41,003 bases of DNA, taken from IMG/VR virus record IMGVR_UViG_3300045988_002471, positions 1 through 41,003 of that record; one strand, 5' to 3'. The DNA comes from a virus (lineage: Duplodnaviria > Heunggongvirae > Uroviricota > Caudoviricetes). The translations under genes were made by a program, and so were the position numbers. Of this stretch, positions 40,105 to 41,003 are shown piece after piece. Position 1 is the stretch's first letter, and the number at the start of each line of letters is the position of its first letter. Below the pieces are notes generated by a model. The model was given only the letters and a program-made list of their open reading frames with translations, had not been told where the DNA came from and made no database searches.

Positions 40105-41003
40105 TTCTTAAAGAACGCGGTGGAAATAACGATGTTCACGCATTACTGTCGCCGTCTGGGGCTAAAAAGTGGCTAAGCTGTGCCGCATCACTGGCCTGTG
40201 AGAAAGATATTCCTAACTCGTCCGGCAAAGCTGCCGTATTAGGTACAGCAATGCACACCATAGCAGAGATGCATCTTAACCAGTACATCAAAGGCACTGC
40301 GCTGCCGTTAGAGCGCGAAGTCGGGGCTTACGTGCTGGATGAAGGTAAAGGCCAGATTAAGGCTCTAATCAGCCCGATGAAAGGCGCGGTACTTATTACG
40401 GCGGACATGATTGAACAGGTGCGCAAGTACACCGACTACTGCAAAGCGATTATAGACGTAGCTACTTACGCTAAGCTGGAAATGCGCGTCAATCTTACAC
40501 AGATTCTACACCCCGGGTACAAAGTACCCGTTGAAGGTGAAGAAGGCGAGGAAGATGATTTAGAGACGTTCGGAACGGCTGACCTTGTTGCCGTTCAGGA
40601 ACTGGCTAACACCGACGAGTACATGCTCATTATTGGCGACCTTAAAACGGGTCGGCATCGTGTCGAAGCGAAAGAAAACAAGCAGCTTATGCTTTACGCT
40701 CTCGGTGTTTATCGCAGACTCAAGAGACGTTATAACATCACCGTTGTCCGTCTGGTTATCTTCCAGCCGTACGCGGGCGGTGCGTCGGAGTGGGACATCT
40801 CGGTTGAGGGACTTGAACTGTTCGCTAAGTTCGCACAGAAACGGGCGCTGTTGGCCCTTGATGCCTATTTCCGTGGTAAGAAGAACCTGAAAGCGTCGGA
40901 CTTCAAGCCATCAGCCGATGGTTGCCAGTGGTGCCGGTTCTCTGAACAATGCGCCGCGCGTACAAAGACGGTTAATTCTGTACTGGCGGAAGAACTTGAA
41001 GAC
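40101..41003 (+). CDS. PD-(D/E)XK exonuclease, Cas4-like / DUF2800-like, N-terminal part (continues as 1..436 across the junction)
   Basis: Own translation from ATG 40101 (ATGA overlap with upstream stop): GTADLV...IGDLKTG nuclease motifs, QLMLYALG (QxxxY) motif, N-terminal C..C and C-terminal CQWCRFSEQC cysteine cluster; no stop before window end. Confidence 0.7.
   Translation, partial: MILKERGGNNDVHALLSPSGAKKWLSCAASLACEKDIPNSSGKAAVLGTAMHTIAEMHLNQYIKGTALPLEREVGAYVLDEGKGQIKALISPMKGAVLITADMIEQVRKYTDYCKAIIDVATYAKLEMRVNLTQILHPGYKVPVEGEEGEEDDLETFGTADLVAVQELANTDEYMLIIGDLKTGRHRVEAKENKQLMLYALGVYRRLKRRYNITVVRLVIFQPYAGGASEWDISVEGLELFAKFAQKRALLALDAYFRGKKNLKASDFKPSADGCQWCRFSEQCAARTKTVNSVLAEELED
40949..41003. 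repeat. Second copy of the 55-bp junction duplication
   Basis: Identical to 1..55. Confidence 0.9.

Noticed and set aside
40585-40890. 101-aa ORF inside the exonuclease gene in another frame
   Set aside because: Embedded in a gene with clear PD-(D/E)XK motifs; no independent start signals.
1-41003. Looked for CRISPR arrays, tRNA genes and an integrase/attP lysogeny module
   Set aside because: No spacer-repeat arrays or cloverleaf-like tRNA signatures (TTCGA loop context) seen by eye; no recombinase-like ORF. The XRE and AlpA-like HTH genes alone do not support a temperate lifestyle. A tRNAscan/Aragorn run would settle the tRNA question.

Overview
The window is a complete, circularly closed genome of a tailed dsDNA phage (siphovirus-like). 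The last 55 bp (40949..41003) repeat the first 55 bp (1..55), so the unique unit is about 40,948 bp. The plus strand carries a replication/early module that wraps the junction: AlpA-like HTH, primase/helicase-like protein, Cas4-like exonuclease, SSB-like protein, family A DNA polymerase, VRR-NUC nuclease, SNF2-type helicase and two HNH-AP2 endonucleases. The minus strand carries small early ORFs (35634->34015), holin/endolysin, an operon of tiny coupled ORFs, terminase, portal, head genes, an overlapped spanin pair, and tail genes ending in a large tailspike with Asp-box motifs and a C-terminal chaperone domain. The most interesting signals are: (1) a ~130-bp structured noncoding element present twice (25169..25298 and 35876..36006), each with its own conserved promoter and compensatory hairpin changes; (2) a plus-strand four-gene island inside the tail module (16747..19143) encoding a small membrane protein, an HTH-fused metallophosphoesterase, a T4 Pnk-like HAD phosphatase and a P-loop kinase; (3) a family of GAATAG-N4-CTATT(A/C) operator palindromes inside at least five sigma70-like promoters, probably bound by the XRE-family repressor at 38930..39145. 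Gene layout and the tailspike suggest a Jersey-like (Guernseyvirinae) enterobacterial phage, but that is a recollection, not a search result. All calls rest on reading the sequence and remembered family motifs; no database search was run.
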